Assembly: GCF_001194135.2 (NCBI RefSeq)
Contig: NC_068984.1
Span: forward strand, 9,828,675-9,867,604
Reading direction: 5' to 3'
Length of the DNA: 38,930 nt
Source: Octopus bimaculoides
Taxonomy: Eukaryota
The translations under genes were made by a program, and so were the position numbers. Positions 10,468 through 22,989 of this stretch are shown piece after piece. The notes beneath the pieces are model-generated. The model was given only the letters and a program-made list of their open reading frames with translations, was not told where the DNA came from and did no database searches. The stretch's first letter is position 1. The number at the start of each line of letters is the position of its first letter.

Positions 10468-10685
10468 GCAGTGAGCTGGCAGAATAGTTAGCTCACTGGA
10501 CGAGATGCTTAGGGGTATTTTGCCCATCGCTACGTTCTGAGTTCAAATTCTGCCAAAGTTGACTTAACCTTTCATCCTTTCGGGGTCAATTAAATAAGTA
10601 CCAGTTACACACTGGGGTCAACGTAATCGACTTACTTCCCCCTCCTGCAAATTTCAGGCCTTGTGTCTATAATAGAAAGGATTAT
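10468..10685 (+). mobile_element. tRNA-derived SINE (family B, MetaSINE-like central domain)
   Basis: gagctggcagaat..gttag..ctgagttcaaattc..gacttaacctttcatccttcggggtc..taagtaccag. Further copies occur at about 3815-3955(+), 17595-17748(+), 20800-20968(-), 31285-31432(+), 37822-37980(-) and 37990-38142(-). The superfamily assignment is from memory. Confidence 0.75.
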
Positions 10686-11189
10686 TTACAACATTCATGG
10701 GTTCCATCTGTATATTGAGGATTGGTATGGGAGGTCAGCTTCTTTTTAAAAAAATTTTTTTCTTCTTTCAGTCATTGGACTGTAGCCATGCTGGGGCACT
10801 GCATCAAAGAATTTATAGTCGAATGTATCAACCACAATACTTTTTTGAAGCCTGGTACTTATTCTATCAATCCGTTTTTGTCAAACTGCTAAGTTACGGA
10901 GACATAAGCACATCACCAGTTGTCAAGTGGTGGTGGTGGACAAACACAGGTTTCATTCATTTTCCGATTACCAAAGCTACTCACAAGGCTTTGGTTAGCT
11001 TGAGGCTATAGTAGAAGACACTTGCTCAAGGGCCATGCGGTGAGACTGAACCCAGAATCATGTGGTTAGGAAGCACAGCTTCTTACCACACAGCCATGCC
11101 TGTAGAACAAAATTTGTATGGATGGTCATGTTTGGACCCACAAATGAAAAAGATAATCATCACAGCAACTGTAAGAAGGCAACAACCGT

Positions 11190-11719
11190 GTGTGTATGTG
11201 TGAGAGTGTGTGTGTGTGTGTGTGTGTGCGTGTGTGAGCTCATCTGGGAGAATATATGTGAGCATGTATAAATATGTGTGTGCGTACGTACGTTACTGTG
11301 TGTGTATATGCTTGTGTATGTGTGTGTATGTGTGCGTGTGTATGTGTGTGTGCATGAAGCTCATCTGTGAGAGTATTTGTGAGCATGTATAAGTGTGTGT
11401 GTGTACGTACGTATGTCACTGTTTGTGTATATGCTCGTGTATGTGTGTGTATGTGTGCGTGCGTGTGTGTGTGTGTGTGTGTGCACGTGTGTGCCGTGCC
11501 AAGAACTTTAATTTCAAAGTTCAGTAGCTGACTCTATATGTTTATGNNNNNNNNNNNNNNNNNNNNNNNNNNNNNNNNNNNNNNNNNNNNNNNNNNNNNN
11601 NNNNNNNNNNNNNNNNNNNNNNNNNNNNNNNNNNNNNNNNNNNNNNNNNNNNNNNNNNNNNNNNNNNNNNNNNNNNNNNNNNNNNNCGTGTGTATGTGTT
11701 TATGCATGTATGCATATCT

Positions 11720-11755
<36 letters not shown>

Positions 11756-13139
11756 CCAAGATCTATAATTCCAGATAAAGTTCAATGACTGTGTGAGTAC
11801 ATCCGTGTATAAATGTGGTCTATGTGTATGTGTGTGTCTGTATGTATATATGACTGTATGTGTGTGTGAGTATTTCTTTATATAAGTGTATGGTGTATGC
11901 GCATGCATGTGTGTGTGTGTGTGTGTGTGTGTACATATGTGTATGTTTGCGTGTGTGTTTATGTGTGTATACGTATGTGTCTGAATGTGTTTACGTATAT
12001 GTGTGTGCTTATGCATGCATGCGTCTCTGTGTGTATGTATGTGTTTGTATATGTGTATGTGCATGTATATGTGTGCGTGTGTGTGTATATGTGTGCATAT
12101 GTATGTGTGTGAATGTGTTTACGTATATGTGTGCTTATGTAAGCAATGTATTCGTAGGTGTGTGTATGTATATGTGTTTGTATATGTGTATGTGCATGTA
12201 TATGTGTGTATATGTCTGTGTTTTTTAATGTGTGTGTGTGCGTGTGTGTCTATATCTGTGCATATGTATGTGTGTGAATGTGTTTACGTATACGTGTATG
12301 CTTATGTATGCAATGCATGCGTAGGTGTGTCTATGTATATGTGTATGTGCATGTATATGTGTGTATGTGTCTGTGTTTTTGAATGTGTGTGTGTGTGTGT
12401 ATACCAAGATCTTTAATTCCAAACTGCCAGTATAAACAGAATATATTGTGAAATATGATAACATAAAGACTTTTAAACAAAAACGATCCATTTGGAATAA
12501 ATCCTGACTGATATGTTTCCATTGTTACATGTTTGCATATGTTTATAAATGGATATATATGCGTGTGTGCATGTATATATATATATTCACACATGCACAC
12601 ACATACACACACGCGCGCGCACACAAACATGCACACACATGTATATATGTATGTGTGTGTGCGTGCGTGTGTGTGTGTGTATGCGTGTGTGTGTGTGTGT
12701 GTTATATATATGCATACATACACACACACTCTCACAAGCATGTACATATATGTATATATATANNNNNNNNNNNNNNNNNNNNNNNNNNNNNNNNNNNNNN
12801 NNNNNNNNNNNNNNNNNNNNNNNNNNNNNNNNNNNNNNNNNNNNNNNNNNNNNNNNNNNNNNNNNNNNNNNNNNNNNNNNNNNNNNNNNNNNNNNNNNNN
12901 NNNNNNNNNNNNNNNNNNNNNNNNNNNNNNNNNNNNNNNNNNNNNNNNNNNNNNNNNNNNNNNNNNNNNNNNNNNNNNNNNNNNNNNNNNNNNNNNNNNN
13001 NNNNNNNNNNNNNNNNNNNNNNNNNNNNNNNNNNNNNNNNNNNNNNNNNNNNNNNNNNNNNNNNNNNNNATATATATATATATATATATATATAATGTAT
13101 ACATACACTCACACAAACTTATGTACTTATATGTATGTA

Positions 13140-13175
<36 letters not shown>

Positions 13176-13240
13176 AATCTATATATATACATACACATAT
13201 GTGTGTGTGAGCATATTTATGTGTGTTTGTGCATTTGAGT
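11190..13240. repeat. Compound (TG)/(TA) microsatellite field with higher-order repeats and two N gaps
   Basis: Long TG/TA-rich tracts with repeated blocks such as gagctcatctg..gagcatgtataa (x2) and gtgaatgtgtttacgtata..cttatg (x3). Confidence 0.9.
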
Positions 13241-13589
13241 GTTTGAGGTTATTTGTCAGTACCAGTGTATGAAACATCAATAACTTACATTCTCTTAGAA
13301 TGCTGTATTTATTCTATCTTATGTTCAATAAAAGCAATTACGAAAATGTCAAGGGTTGCTACGTGAAACTGCATTTGCTCAATACTGATTAGAGAACGGT
13401 GCAGTGGAGGTGGTTAAGATGCTACAGCAGTGCATTGAAATAGGTGCATATATGGCTGCGAGGTTAATGACCTTGTTTTGCAGCCTCATGATTCTGAGTT
13501 CAATCTCATGGCACTTTCGGTAAGTGTTTTCTCCCATAACATCAGCTTGACCGAAGTTTTGAGTAAGGAATCCTTGAAACATCTTATAT

Positions 13590-14400
13590 ATCATCCTCCT
13601 CATCATCCTCCTCATCGTTTAACGTCCGCTTTCCTCGCTGGCATGGGTTGGACGGTTTGACTGAGGACTGGCAAGCCAGGAGGCTGTACTAGGCTCCAAT
13701 CTGATCTGTGAAGGTTCCTGCAGCTGGATGCCCTTCCTAATGCAAACCACACTGAGAGTGCAGTGGGTGCTTTTACGTGCCACAAGTACGGAGCCAGTCA
13801 GGGGGTACTGGCATCGACCACACTCAAATGGTGCTTTTTACGTGCCACACTGGCCCGGGAGCCAGTCAGGCAGCACTGGCGTTGACCATGTTTGAATGGT
13901 GTTTTTTATGTGCCACCGGTACAAGAGCCAGTCCGGTGGCACTGACATTGGTAACACTTGAATGGTGCTTTTTATGTGCCACCGGCACAAGAACCAGTCA
14001 AGTGGCACTGGCCTTAAGCACACTCGAATGATGATCTTTACACTGGTATTGGCCATACTTGAATCGTGCTTTTTATATGCCACCGGCCTGGGAGCCAGTC
14101 AGGCAGCACTAGCATCGACTGTGCTTGAATGGTGCTTTTTATGTGCCACTGGCACGGGAGCCAGTCAGATGGCACTGGCTTGACCACGCTTGAATGGTAC
14201 TTTTTATGTACCACTGGACCGGGAGCCAGTTAGGCGGCACTAGCATCACCCACACTCGAATAGTGCTTTTTACGTTCCACCGGCACTAGCATTGGTCAAA
14301 CTTGAATGGTGCTTTTTATGTGCCACCAGCATGGGTGCCAGTCTGGTGGCACAGGCATCAGTCACGACAATGATTTCACTTGACTCAACAGGTCTTCTCA
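13590..14400 (-). mobile_element. RTE-LINE 3' end with expanded ~65-bp minisatellite
   Basis: (CAT)-type tail, the standard ~190-bp terminal block, then about 10 units of ggtgctttttatgtgccaccggcacgggagccagtc...gaat (starts at about 13766, 13830, 13898, 13964, 14030, 14065, 14131, 14196, 14262, 14308), then gactcaacaggtcttctcaagc matching the post-ORF region. Confidence 0.8.
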
Positions 14401-14472
14401 AGCAATATGCTCTTTTTGAAGAATGTAGAATGTGGTTTCAGGGAGACTTAATTGCTAAGTGTTGTATCAATG

Positions 14473-14515
<43 letters not shown>

Positions 14516-14525
14516 NNNNNNNNNN

Positions 14526-14561
<36 letters not shown>

Positions 14562-15229
14562 CACACTCACACACATTATATATATACACACATATATGCA
14601 GAAGTATCCCTTGCTTACTGCAATTTTGAAGAACATGGCTTGATCTGATCAATGCAGTTTTAATTACTGTAATTAAATTTATTGAAACCATCCCCAATTT
14701 ACACTAGATATAATTTAATTACTTCAGTTTAAAAATGACATACCAACATGTCAACCGGAGTACGTTCATTCACCCAAGTTATGGTAACCAAATTGCTTGT
14801 TAGTGCAAAATATATGTTGAGATTTAAAACGATGAAACTATTCAGTAGGTTTATGATGAGTTTTAGTTAAAAAATAAATGATTTATTTTAAATTCCAAAT
14901 TGCTGTTTTTATTATCTATTTTTAGAATTAATTATAATTAATTCCATTGATTATTTAATTTGATTAATGTGGTTTTGATTTAGTTGGGAGCATCAGAATG
15001 TTAGTTAATCATGTTAAATTAGGGTAGTTATATATATGTATATATATATATATATATATNNNNNNNNNNNNNNNNNNNNNNNNNNNNNNNNNNNNNNNNN
15101 NNNNNNNNNNNNNNNNNNNNNNNNNNNNNNNNNNNNNNNNNNNNNNNNNNNNNNNNNNNNNNNNNNNNNNNNNNNNNNNNNNNTATTTACTTATGTGTGT
15201 GTATATATGTATGTATGTGTGGGTGTATG

Positions 15230-15268
<39 letters not shown>

Positions 15269-16675
15269 AGGAACAGGAATTATGTAACCAATTTCATTAG
15301 CTTACAGCTGTTTCCACAATAAAATGGCGTACACTTAGCATTGTGTGCTTGTGCATCATGTTATAGCTTCCTCAGAGCTTTTCATCATCATCATCATCAT
15401 CATCATCGTTTAATGTCCGCTTTCCATGCTGGCATAGGTTGGACAGTTTGACTGAGGGTTGGTGAGTCAGAAGGCTGCACCAGGCTCCAATCTGATCTAG
15501 CTGAATGCCCTTCCAAACACTTTTATTTATTTCTTTTTTTTAAAGTTCCAATGAAGCTACAAGGTGATGCAGAAGCACTCAGCTTTGAGTATACTGCATC
15601 CATCTTGTAGCAGAAACAACTGTAAGCCAATGAAGTGTATTAAGTAATTCCTACTCCATTGTCATTTATTTAATTTCATATTATATTCTCAAGATGCTGA
15701 AGCCAGATGGAGGAGATGACAATGGATTGAGATGTCTGGTAATAGGAAGGTCTTCAGAATACCTGCCCACCTCAATGAAATTGAGATCTGGAGGTGCTGT
15801 GAGTCATGTGCCCTCCACCACATATTACATTCATCTACCCCCTTCCCCAATGAACCAAACTACATCTCATTATGCACTACACATTCTCTCTCTCTCTCTT
15901 CCTCCCTCCTCCCTAACACTGCTTTATCATTTCTCTCTCTTGTCCCCCATCCCTACCAGCTATATCATTGCTATTCTGCTGCTCCCTTATATATATAAGG
16001 GAGAATTCCTCCTCCCCTACCCTTTATCTCCTACTCTCCTTTTACAGTCTCATGATCTCCTTATACTCTCACTCTGTCCAGTCCTCTCTACCACTCCCAC
16101 TTGCATTCATCTCCCTGTACCCTGAGGGTGCACCCTGGTACATCTTCACTACCATTTTCTCTCTTGTTATCCTCTGACTGGAGGAGCTATGCCTCCCCTC
16201 TACAGCAAAATACCTGTTGCTGTCTTTTTGTCATACTCGAACCCCTCATCACCTGGCACAATGCCACCTCTCTTGTTATTACTCCTTCCTCATTTGAGGG
16301 GTCTTTGTCTTGTACATTACCCAGTGACCTTACTGGTGCTGGTGCCATATAAAAAGCACTTAGTACACTCTGTAAAGTGGATGGTATTAAGAAGGGCATC
16401 CAGCTGTACAAACCATGCCAAAAGCAGACTGGATAGTCTGGCACAGTCCTTTGGCTAGCCAGCTCCTGTTAAATCATCCAACCCATGCCAGCATGGAAAA
16501 TAAGAGTTAAATGATATTGATGATGATGATGCCCTAAACTTGCTAATATTTAACCTGAAGCATATGTACATTAAGTGCTAACACCAGGTTCCTAGTATTG
16601 TGATGTTTAAGTGATATCTTTACATATATAAGTGATATCTTTATTGTTTTTATTGTATTCATGTGTAGTAACGCC

Positions 16676-16702
16676 TGCGCATGCGTAGTTTTACGCATGC
16701 GT
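16676..16702. promoter_or_regulatory. Two NRF1-like GCGCATGCG/ACGCATGCGT palindromes
   Basis: TGCGCATGCG at 16676-16685 and ACGCATGCGT at 16693-16702, in a CpG-containing stretch of otherwise CpG-poor DNA. Confidence 0.3.
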
Positions 16703-18157
16703 AGAATAAAACAAGCAAGCGTTTCCCGCTCAATTCATTCTCTTTCTCGCTGGCCAGCGATTGAGCATGGACGTGTGTTTAAAGCTGTCTCTACATCTTT
16801 CGGTCTTATACTCGACAGCTCGTTATTCTCACCTCTAAAGATGTATAACTAAAGATATGTATGTTTTACCAAGTAAATAAATGTTGTTTGAGTTGTTTAG
16901 TCTGGAGTTCAGCGTTCCGTCAATTTCTTTAATTTTATAGTAGAAAGTCAGGTATACAATCTAAAGATGTATAACCCACTTTCTACTAAACATGTAACAT
17001 TGTTCGTTTTTTTNNNNNNNNNNNNNNNNNNNNNNNNNNNNNNNNNNNNNNNNNNNNNNNNNNNNNNNNNNNNNNNNNNNNNNNNNNNNNNNNNNNNNNN
17101 NNNNNNNNNNNNNNNNNNNNNNNNNNNNNNNNNNNNNNNNNNNNNNNNNNNNNNNNNNNNNNNNNNNNNNNNNNNNNNNNNNNNNNNNNNNNNNNNNNNN
17201 NNNNNNNNNNNNNNNNNNNNNNNNNNNNNNNNNNNNNNNNNNNNNNNNNNNNNNNNNNNNNNNNNNNNNNNNNNNNNNNNNNNNNNNNNNNNNNNNNNNN
17301 NNNNNNNNNNNNNNNNNNNNNNNNNNNNNNNNNNNNNNNNNNNNNNNNNNNNNNNNNNNNNNNNNNNNNNNNNNNNNNNNNNNNNNNNNNNNNNNNNNNN
17401 NNNNNNNNNNNNNNNNNNNNNNNNNNNNNNNNNNNNNNNNNNNNNNNNNNNNNNNNNNNNNNNNNNNNNNNNNNNNNNNNNNNNNNNNNNNNNNNNNNNN
17501 NNNNNNNNNNNNNNNNNNNNNNNNNNNNNNNNNNNNNNNNNNNNNNNNNNNNNNNNNNNNNNNNNNNNNNNCACACACACACACACTGGTGCTTCTATAC
17601 GCTCTGAGTTCAAATTCCGCTGGGGTTGACTTTGCCTTTCATCCTTTCGGGGTCGATAAATTCAGTACCAGTTGCGTACTGGAGCTGATCTAATCGACTG
17701 GCCCCCTCCCCCAAAATTTCGGGCCTTGTGCCTAGAGTAGAAAAGAATATTTTGTTGGTGCTTCCTCAATACTATGAATTAAAAGAAATATCGATTATAT
17801 TTGACAATATTTGAAACATTAGGCACTGAATTATATATTTTAAAGCAAATAATTGCACACTTTACTATTAAGCAAACCCTCAGACACTTTAAACGATGGT
17901 ATTCGTTCGTTAGAATACTAAATTAAATGTTTAAATATCAATTTATTTAACACAAATTATTTATGAAACTTCTTTTTTCTTTTCAATTTGTAGATAAATT
18001 AACAACGCAGAAAATTTAAGTTGAGTTAAAAGTTCTTGAATTTAATGATAATTAAATAAAACCCGAAACAATAAATACTTAATTTACGAATTATTATCTT
18101 GAAATAATTAAGGTATTTATGTGGAAAAAACAAGAAAAATATTAAATATATTATTTT

Positions 18158-18261
18158 CATTCACGACGATTAACATTCACGACGATTAACATTTACTCCG
18201 TAATTCTTCAGTGACTTCCGGTATAACCGGTGCTCTGGGAAGTGAACACTTGTCCGTGAGT
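18158..18261 (+). promoter_or_regulatory. Candidate RBM17 promoter / short 5' UTR exon
   Basis: Repeat-poor segment with local CpGs, a 16-bp tandem duplication (cattcacgacgattaa x2, 18158-18189), an ETS-type ACTTCCGG (18214-18221) and a donor-like GTGAGT at 18256. Coding exon 1 has an upstream acceptor, so an upstream exon is required. Confidence 0.4.
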
Positions 18262-19913
18262 GAAGATTTCGTTTTTAAAACAAGTTTATTTGTGTTATTT
18301 ACTCTTTCTATCATCAATAACCAATATTTGGCTTATATGTAAACTGCTGTTTATAAATATAAATGTTATAATAGATCTGATTGATTAAAAATGCAAGTTA
18401 AAAGATCGATTGCGACCGGCTTCAGTCAATGTCTTCGATCACATTTTTCCTTTTACATCATTCATCTCATCGAATTCTTTTTAATTAAAATCTATTTTAG
18501 AACCTTGAATATTTGGGAAACTCCAGAAAGATTTTGTTGCCGAGAATTAGAAATACGCTGAAATTTGTTGCATTTAAAAAAAAATTTATTTAGAACAATT
18601 ATCACATTAGAACATTCCTTTGAATCGTGGAAGGGTTTAAAATATTTGATATTGGAAGGACGTATATGTGTAATTATTTGTAAAAAGGTTGTTTTCAAGC
18701 ATTTATATAAACAAGCCAAGTTTATAAAAACGATATCTATCTATCTACCTATTTATCTATCTATCACTGTCTATTACATTTGTGCATGTAATATATAACA
18801 GCTTAATTAAGAAGTCACAAAAATTAATTAATTTTTAAAATTAAACCCAGATGGTATCATTACATCTGAGCACTAAGGGATTAAATTCCACACCGTGAGA
18901 TGTCACTCGAGTTGCTTGAAAGAAATAGCAGTTAAACCTCCCTCCTTCATCGTAAAAATAATAATAAACGAAGGATACGTATTAGATACTGTGGTCCTAG
19001 ATACACAGTCCTCAGAAAGCATGATCTTGGCTTTGATCACAAGTCTTTCCCGATCTGGTTTGACCCGAAGCCAAACAACAACACCCTACAGTATAATTCC
19101 GATACAATGTTATTGTTCTGAGCTGTCTATAGTTTGATATTTTTCACGATCTGTCTAAATCTTTATTACAAATAAGATGTCGATTTTTGTTTGTGTTGTG
19201 TTTAAGGTAATTAACTGAGTCCACAATAGTTGAGGTGTAAGTTCAAATTCTTCAAACCTCTGTTATGATTATGTATCGTGGGCCTCACCTGCATTACCGA
19301 AGTCGGAAATGAGAGAGAGAGAGAGAGAGGGAAAAAAACCAAAAAACACCGGCAAGCACATTTTGTTCATGGTCCTTGTTTACTCTAGTTTTAGGGGTTG
19401 GGAGGTCTAGTAAGTTGTTACACCGTGCCTATCGTAATATTCATCATCATCATTAACATCCTCCTTGTTCCATGCTGGTATGGGTTGGACGGTTTGACAG
19501 GATCCAATGAGGTCAAGGGTTGCATCATACTCTACTGCTTGCTTTGGTATTGTTTCTACGACTGGATGTCTTTTCTAACACCAACCACGCAACAGCATGT
19601 ACTGGGGGCTGTTTTTGTGTCACCAGCATTAGTAAGGCCACCATACAGCTTGCAAGACTATGAACCCCAAGAGAGGCAGCTTTATGCTAGGAAACGAGGG
19701 TTCAGGTATAATAGAAGGGGCTAGAATACAAATGGTTTCTTCTTGTGGAGGAGCTACAGGGTAACTTACATTTTAGAAAAGAGGGAAGGGTCATGATTGG
19801 AGTGGAGTGGAAAAGAAATTAAAATAGTTATGACGAAGCATCTTTGTGGACCCTTATTCTATAAAATAGATTGAGGCTACTTTCACTGAGGATTATACAG
19901 CCTCGAGATTTAA

Positions 19914-20394
19914 CCCTTTAGTGCTCAGATTACTGTTAAATCATCATCATCATCATTTAATGTCCGTTGCCCATGCTGGCATGGGTCGGACTGTTTGACC
20001 AGGGCTGGTAAGCTGTAAGGCTGCACCAGACTCCAGTCTGATTTGGCAGTTTTCTACTGCTGGATGCCCTTGCTAATGCCAACCACTCTGAGGGTGTAAT
20101 GAGTGTTTTTACATGCCACTGGCACTGGTGCCACTTGTGTGACACTGATATCTGCCACAACTGCGATTTGCTCGGCCTGATGAGTCTTCTTCTCGAGCAC
20201 AACATAATGCCAAAGGTCTCGGTCATTGCCTCCGTGAGGCCCATGATTTTAATTAACCACGCATTATCGTGTTTTGAGATTTCAAATATGTGATTGTTTA
20301 CATTGTAGGGTAGGTGTGAGAGACCAGATCTGGCTGCTGTGAACATAAAACAAGAATATTTTGGGAGGCTATGGCTGGTGTAAATTCTAAAGGG
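19914..20394 (+). mobile_element. piggyBac-like MITE with nested RTE copy
   Basis: TTAA-CCCTTTAG ... CTAAAGGG-TTAA (TSDs at 19910-19913 and 20395-20398). An RTE 3' end is inserted at about 19938-20245. Confidence 0.75.
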
Positions 20395-20469
20395 TTAAAA
20401 CCAAATTGGTCAGTTTTCATGCCAGCTTCTTTCTCTTTTGTCATTTCAGCCTATCAATGTGTTTCCACA

Positions 20470-20530
20470 ATGTCCCTGTATGATGGAATTGACAACAAAG
20501 AAGGTGGAGATACTGCTGCAGACGTTGTCT
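20470..20530 (+). CDS. RBM17: RBM17 coding exon 1 (MSLYDGIDNKEGGDTAADVV, phase 1 end)
   Basis: Acceptor tttctcttttgtcatttcag ends at 20449, ATG at 20470, donor GTAAGT at 20531. The MSLYD start matches SPF45. The upstream acceptor implies a further 5' UTR exon. Confidence 0.9.
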
Positions 20531-20540
20531 GTAAGTTGAC

Positions 20541-20576
<36 letters not shown>

Positions 20577-20982
20577 CATTATCATCATCATCATCATCAT
20601 CATCACCATCACCACCACCACCACCACCACCGTTATAGATGTCGTACAGTATGCAATATCGTGAGGTTGTTGATTGAAGATATTGTGTCTACCGGGGGTT
20701 TGTACTGTCTGTCAAGTCATAACAAGGACCTAAGACAGACAGTACTTTACACAATATGGAGCTACACACAGAGGGGACAAACAAGGACAGACAAACGGAT
20801 TAAGTCGATTATATCGACCCCAGTGCGTAACTGGTACTTATTTAATCGACCCTGAAAGGATGAAAGGCAAAGTCGACCTCGGCAGAATTTGAACTCAGAA
20901 CATAGCGGCAGACGGAATACCGCTAAGCATTTCGCCCAGCGTGCTAACGATTCTGCCAGCTCGACGCCTTTATACACACATG

Positions 20983-21232
20983 CATGCAGTTCCAAGCAAT
21001 GCCGACTTTTGCAATGCATCTAGGTTGTACAGTATTTCTAAGGTTTTCAGATGTTTTTTCAGATTGGGTGGTATTGAACCCAATGTTCCGACGACAATGC
21101 TCCGATGACCTTTATGTTCGACTCTTGTGACTGCCACATGTTAGCGATCTCAATTCTCAGGTCTCCATATTTATCAACTTATTCTCTTTCTTTCATGATA
21201 ATATTTTAATCTCCTGGCACTGCTATGTCGAT

Positions 21233-21238
<6 letters not shown>
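20983..21238 (-). pseudogene. R4/Dong-like LINE restriction-like endonuclease remnant
   Basis: Minus-strand translation DIAVPGD*NIIMKERE*VDKYGDLRIEIANMW ... (frameshift) IVVGTLGSIPPNLKKHLKTLEILYNLDALQKSALLGTA, a PD-(D/E)XK REL domain end typical of the R4/Dong/Rex6 clade. Confidence 0.8.
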
Positions 21239-21270
<32 letters not shown>

Positions 21271-21734
21271 TATTATTATTATTACCATTGGTTCTTTAAT
21301 GGTGGTTCATGACATATTTAAGATTTCTTAAACATTTTTTTTTTGCGATGGTGGCTTGGTTGGTGAATGAGGATATATTACATCAGCTGCATGAATAATG
21401 ATTGAAGTATACTCGTGAATATTTAACTAAAATATTTATTGCCTGACATAAACATATTAAGTGTTAGCTATTTACAATGAACAACCTAAATATTTGCTGA
21501 CTGAGAGAGAGGCAGACTGCTCTAAAATTATGGATAGCTATCTGCGTTACAGGATGTGGTTGGTCCAAAAATATACAACATCAACTGTATAAATGTCTGT
21601 GGTGACAGTGATTCTTGGTTGTGTGTGCAAATGTCTAGAACCATCAGTGTGGAAAGAATGGTGGTGGATGTCACTCAGTCACATTTTGTGATTAATCAAA
21701 TGACGAAATGGTCTTTTAAAGGGTAAAAAAAGAA

Positions 21735-22430
21735 CATCATCATCATCATCATTGTTTAACGTCTGCTTCCCATGCTAGCATGGGTTGGACGATTTGACTG
21801 GAGACTGGCAAACCAGATGGCTACACCAGGCTCCAATCTGATTTGGCAGAGTTTCTACAGCTGGATGCCCTTCCTAATGCCAACCACTCTGAGAGTGTAG
21901 TGGGTGCTTTTTACGTACCACTGGCATGAGGGCCAGTCCGGCAGTACTGGCAACGGCCACGCTCAAATGGTGTTTTTTTACGTGCCACCTGCACAGGAGT
22001 CAGTCCAATGTTTTGTTTACATGCCACTGGCATGAGTGCCAGTAAGGCGGAGACATTTGAGAAAACCAAATCATGCCACAGCCTGATGCTGATTAGTCAA
22101 TTAACAGACAGATCATGGCTGATTCCAGTGCTGCCTGACTGGCACCCGTTCCGGTGGCACGTAAAAAGTACCATTCAGGCATGGTCAATGCCAGTGTCAC
22201 CTGACTGGCCCCAGAGCACAATTCGAGCCTGGTTGATGCCAGTGTCGGTGACATGTAAAAGGCACCCACTGCACTCTCGGAGTGGTTGGCGTTAGGAAGG
22301 GCATCCAGCTGTAGAAACCTTGCCAAATCAGATTGGAGCCTGGTGCAACCCCCTGGCTTGCCGGTCCCCAGCAAACTGTCCAACCTATGCCAGCATGGAA
22401 AGCGGACATTAAACAGTGATGATGATGATG
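21735..22430. mobile_element. Two RTE 3'-end copies in inverted orientation (21735-22050 minus, 22120-22430 plus)
   Basis: The same ~190-bp block (gtttaacgtc...catgctagcatgggttggac...ctggatgcccttcctaa..caaccactc) occurs on opposite strands. Further copies occur at about 9005-9350(-), 10050-10460(+), 15383-15510(-), 19938-20245(-), 24925-25350(-), 26715-26945(+), 30492-30690(+), 32955-33255(+), 33345-33489(-), 35945-36140(+) and 36145-36580(-). Confidence 0.85.
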
Positions 22431-22989
22431 TGAAACTGTGGTGGTTCACTTGTAGTGTCTGACCAGTTATCTAGCAGTTGAGGTTTCAAATCCCTGCTAC
22501 AAGTTATTGCAGTAATTCAAATTTATATCAGGATGCCAGTTCAGACATGATTGGGTGACTAAGTTCACTTCACTGTCATGTGACTTTGAGTTTGATCTCA
22601 CAGTGTGGCATCATGGGTAAATGGTTTCTGCTCTAAGCCTTGGCCTGACTTATGTTTTGTGAGCGAAATTGCAAGATGGAAGCTTTTTGAAAGCCTATCA
22701 TGTATGTGTGTGTGTGTGTATGGGTTAATGAATGCAATACACAAAACTCTATGTTCATGAGTTATTTATGTTACTTTACAACTAAAAGAATGTATATGCA
22801 TACATCATCATCATTTAACATCCATTTTGCATGCTGGACGTGCTTTTTTCTGTCTCTTCTCTCATGGCTCGTCTACCTAGCGTTCATAATAATTTTTCTA
22901 TCGTCTTGGCTCAACAGCCCTCACCGTTTGTTTTTACTGTCTTGTTCTCACTATCCTGTTCTTGTTAACATTTTCACCCTCCGCAAAAA

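Noticed and set aside
13766-14370. CRISPR-like regular repeat array
   Set aside because: Whole units are diverged copies of each other with no unique spacers, there are no cas genes, the context is eukaryotic, and the array is part of an RTE 3' UTR.
8386-17629. Long ORFs in the supplied track (X-rich, or HT/CV/YI/SL repeats)
   Set aside because: They are artefacts of N gaps and dinucleotide or tetranucleotide microsatellites.
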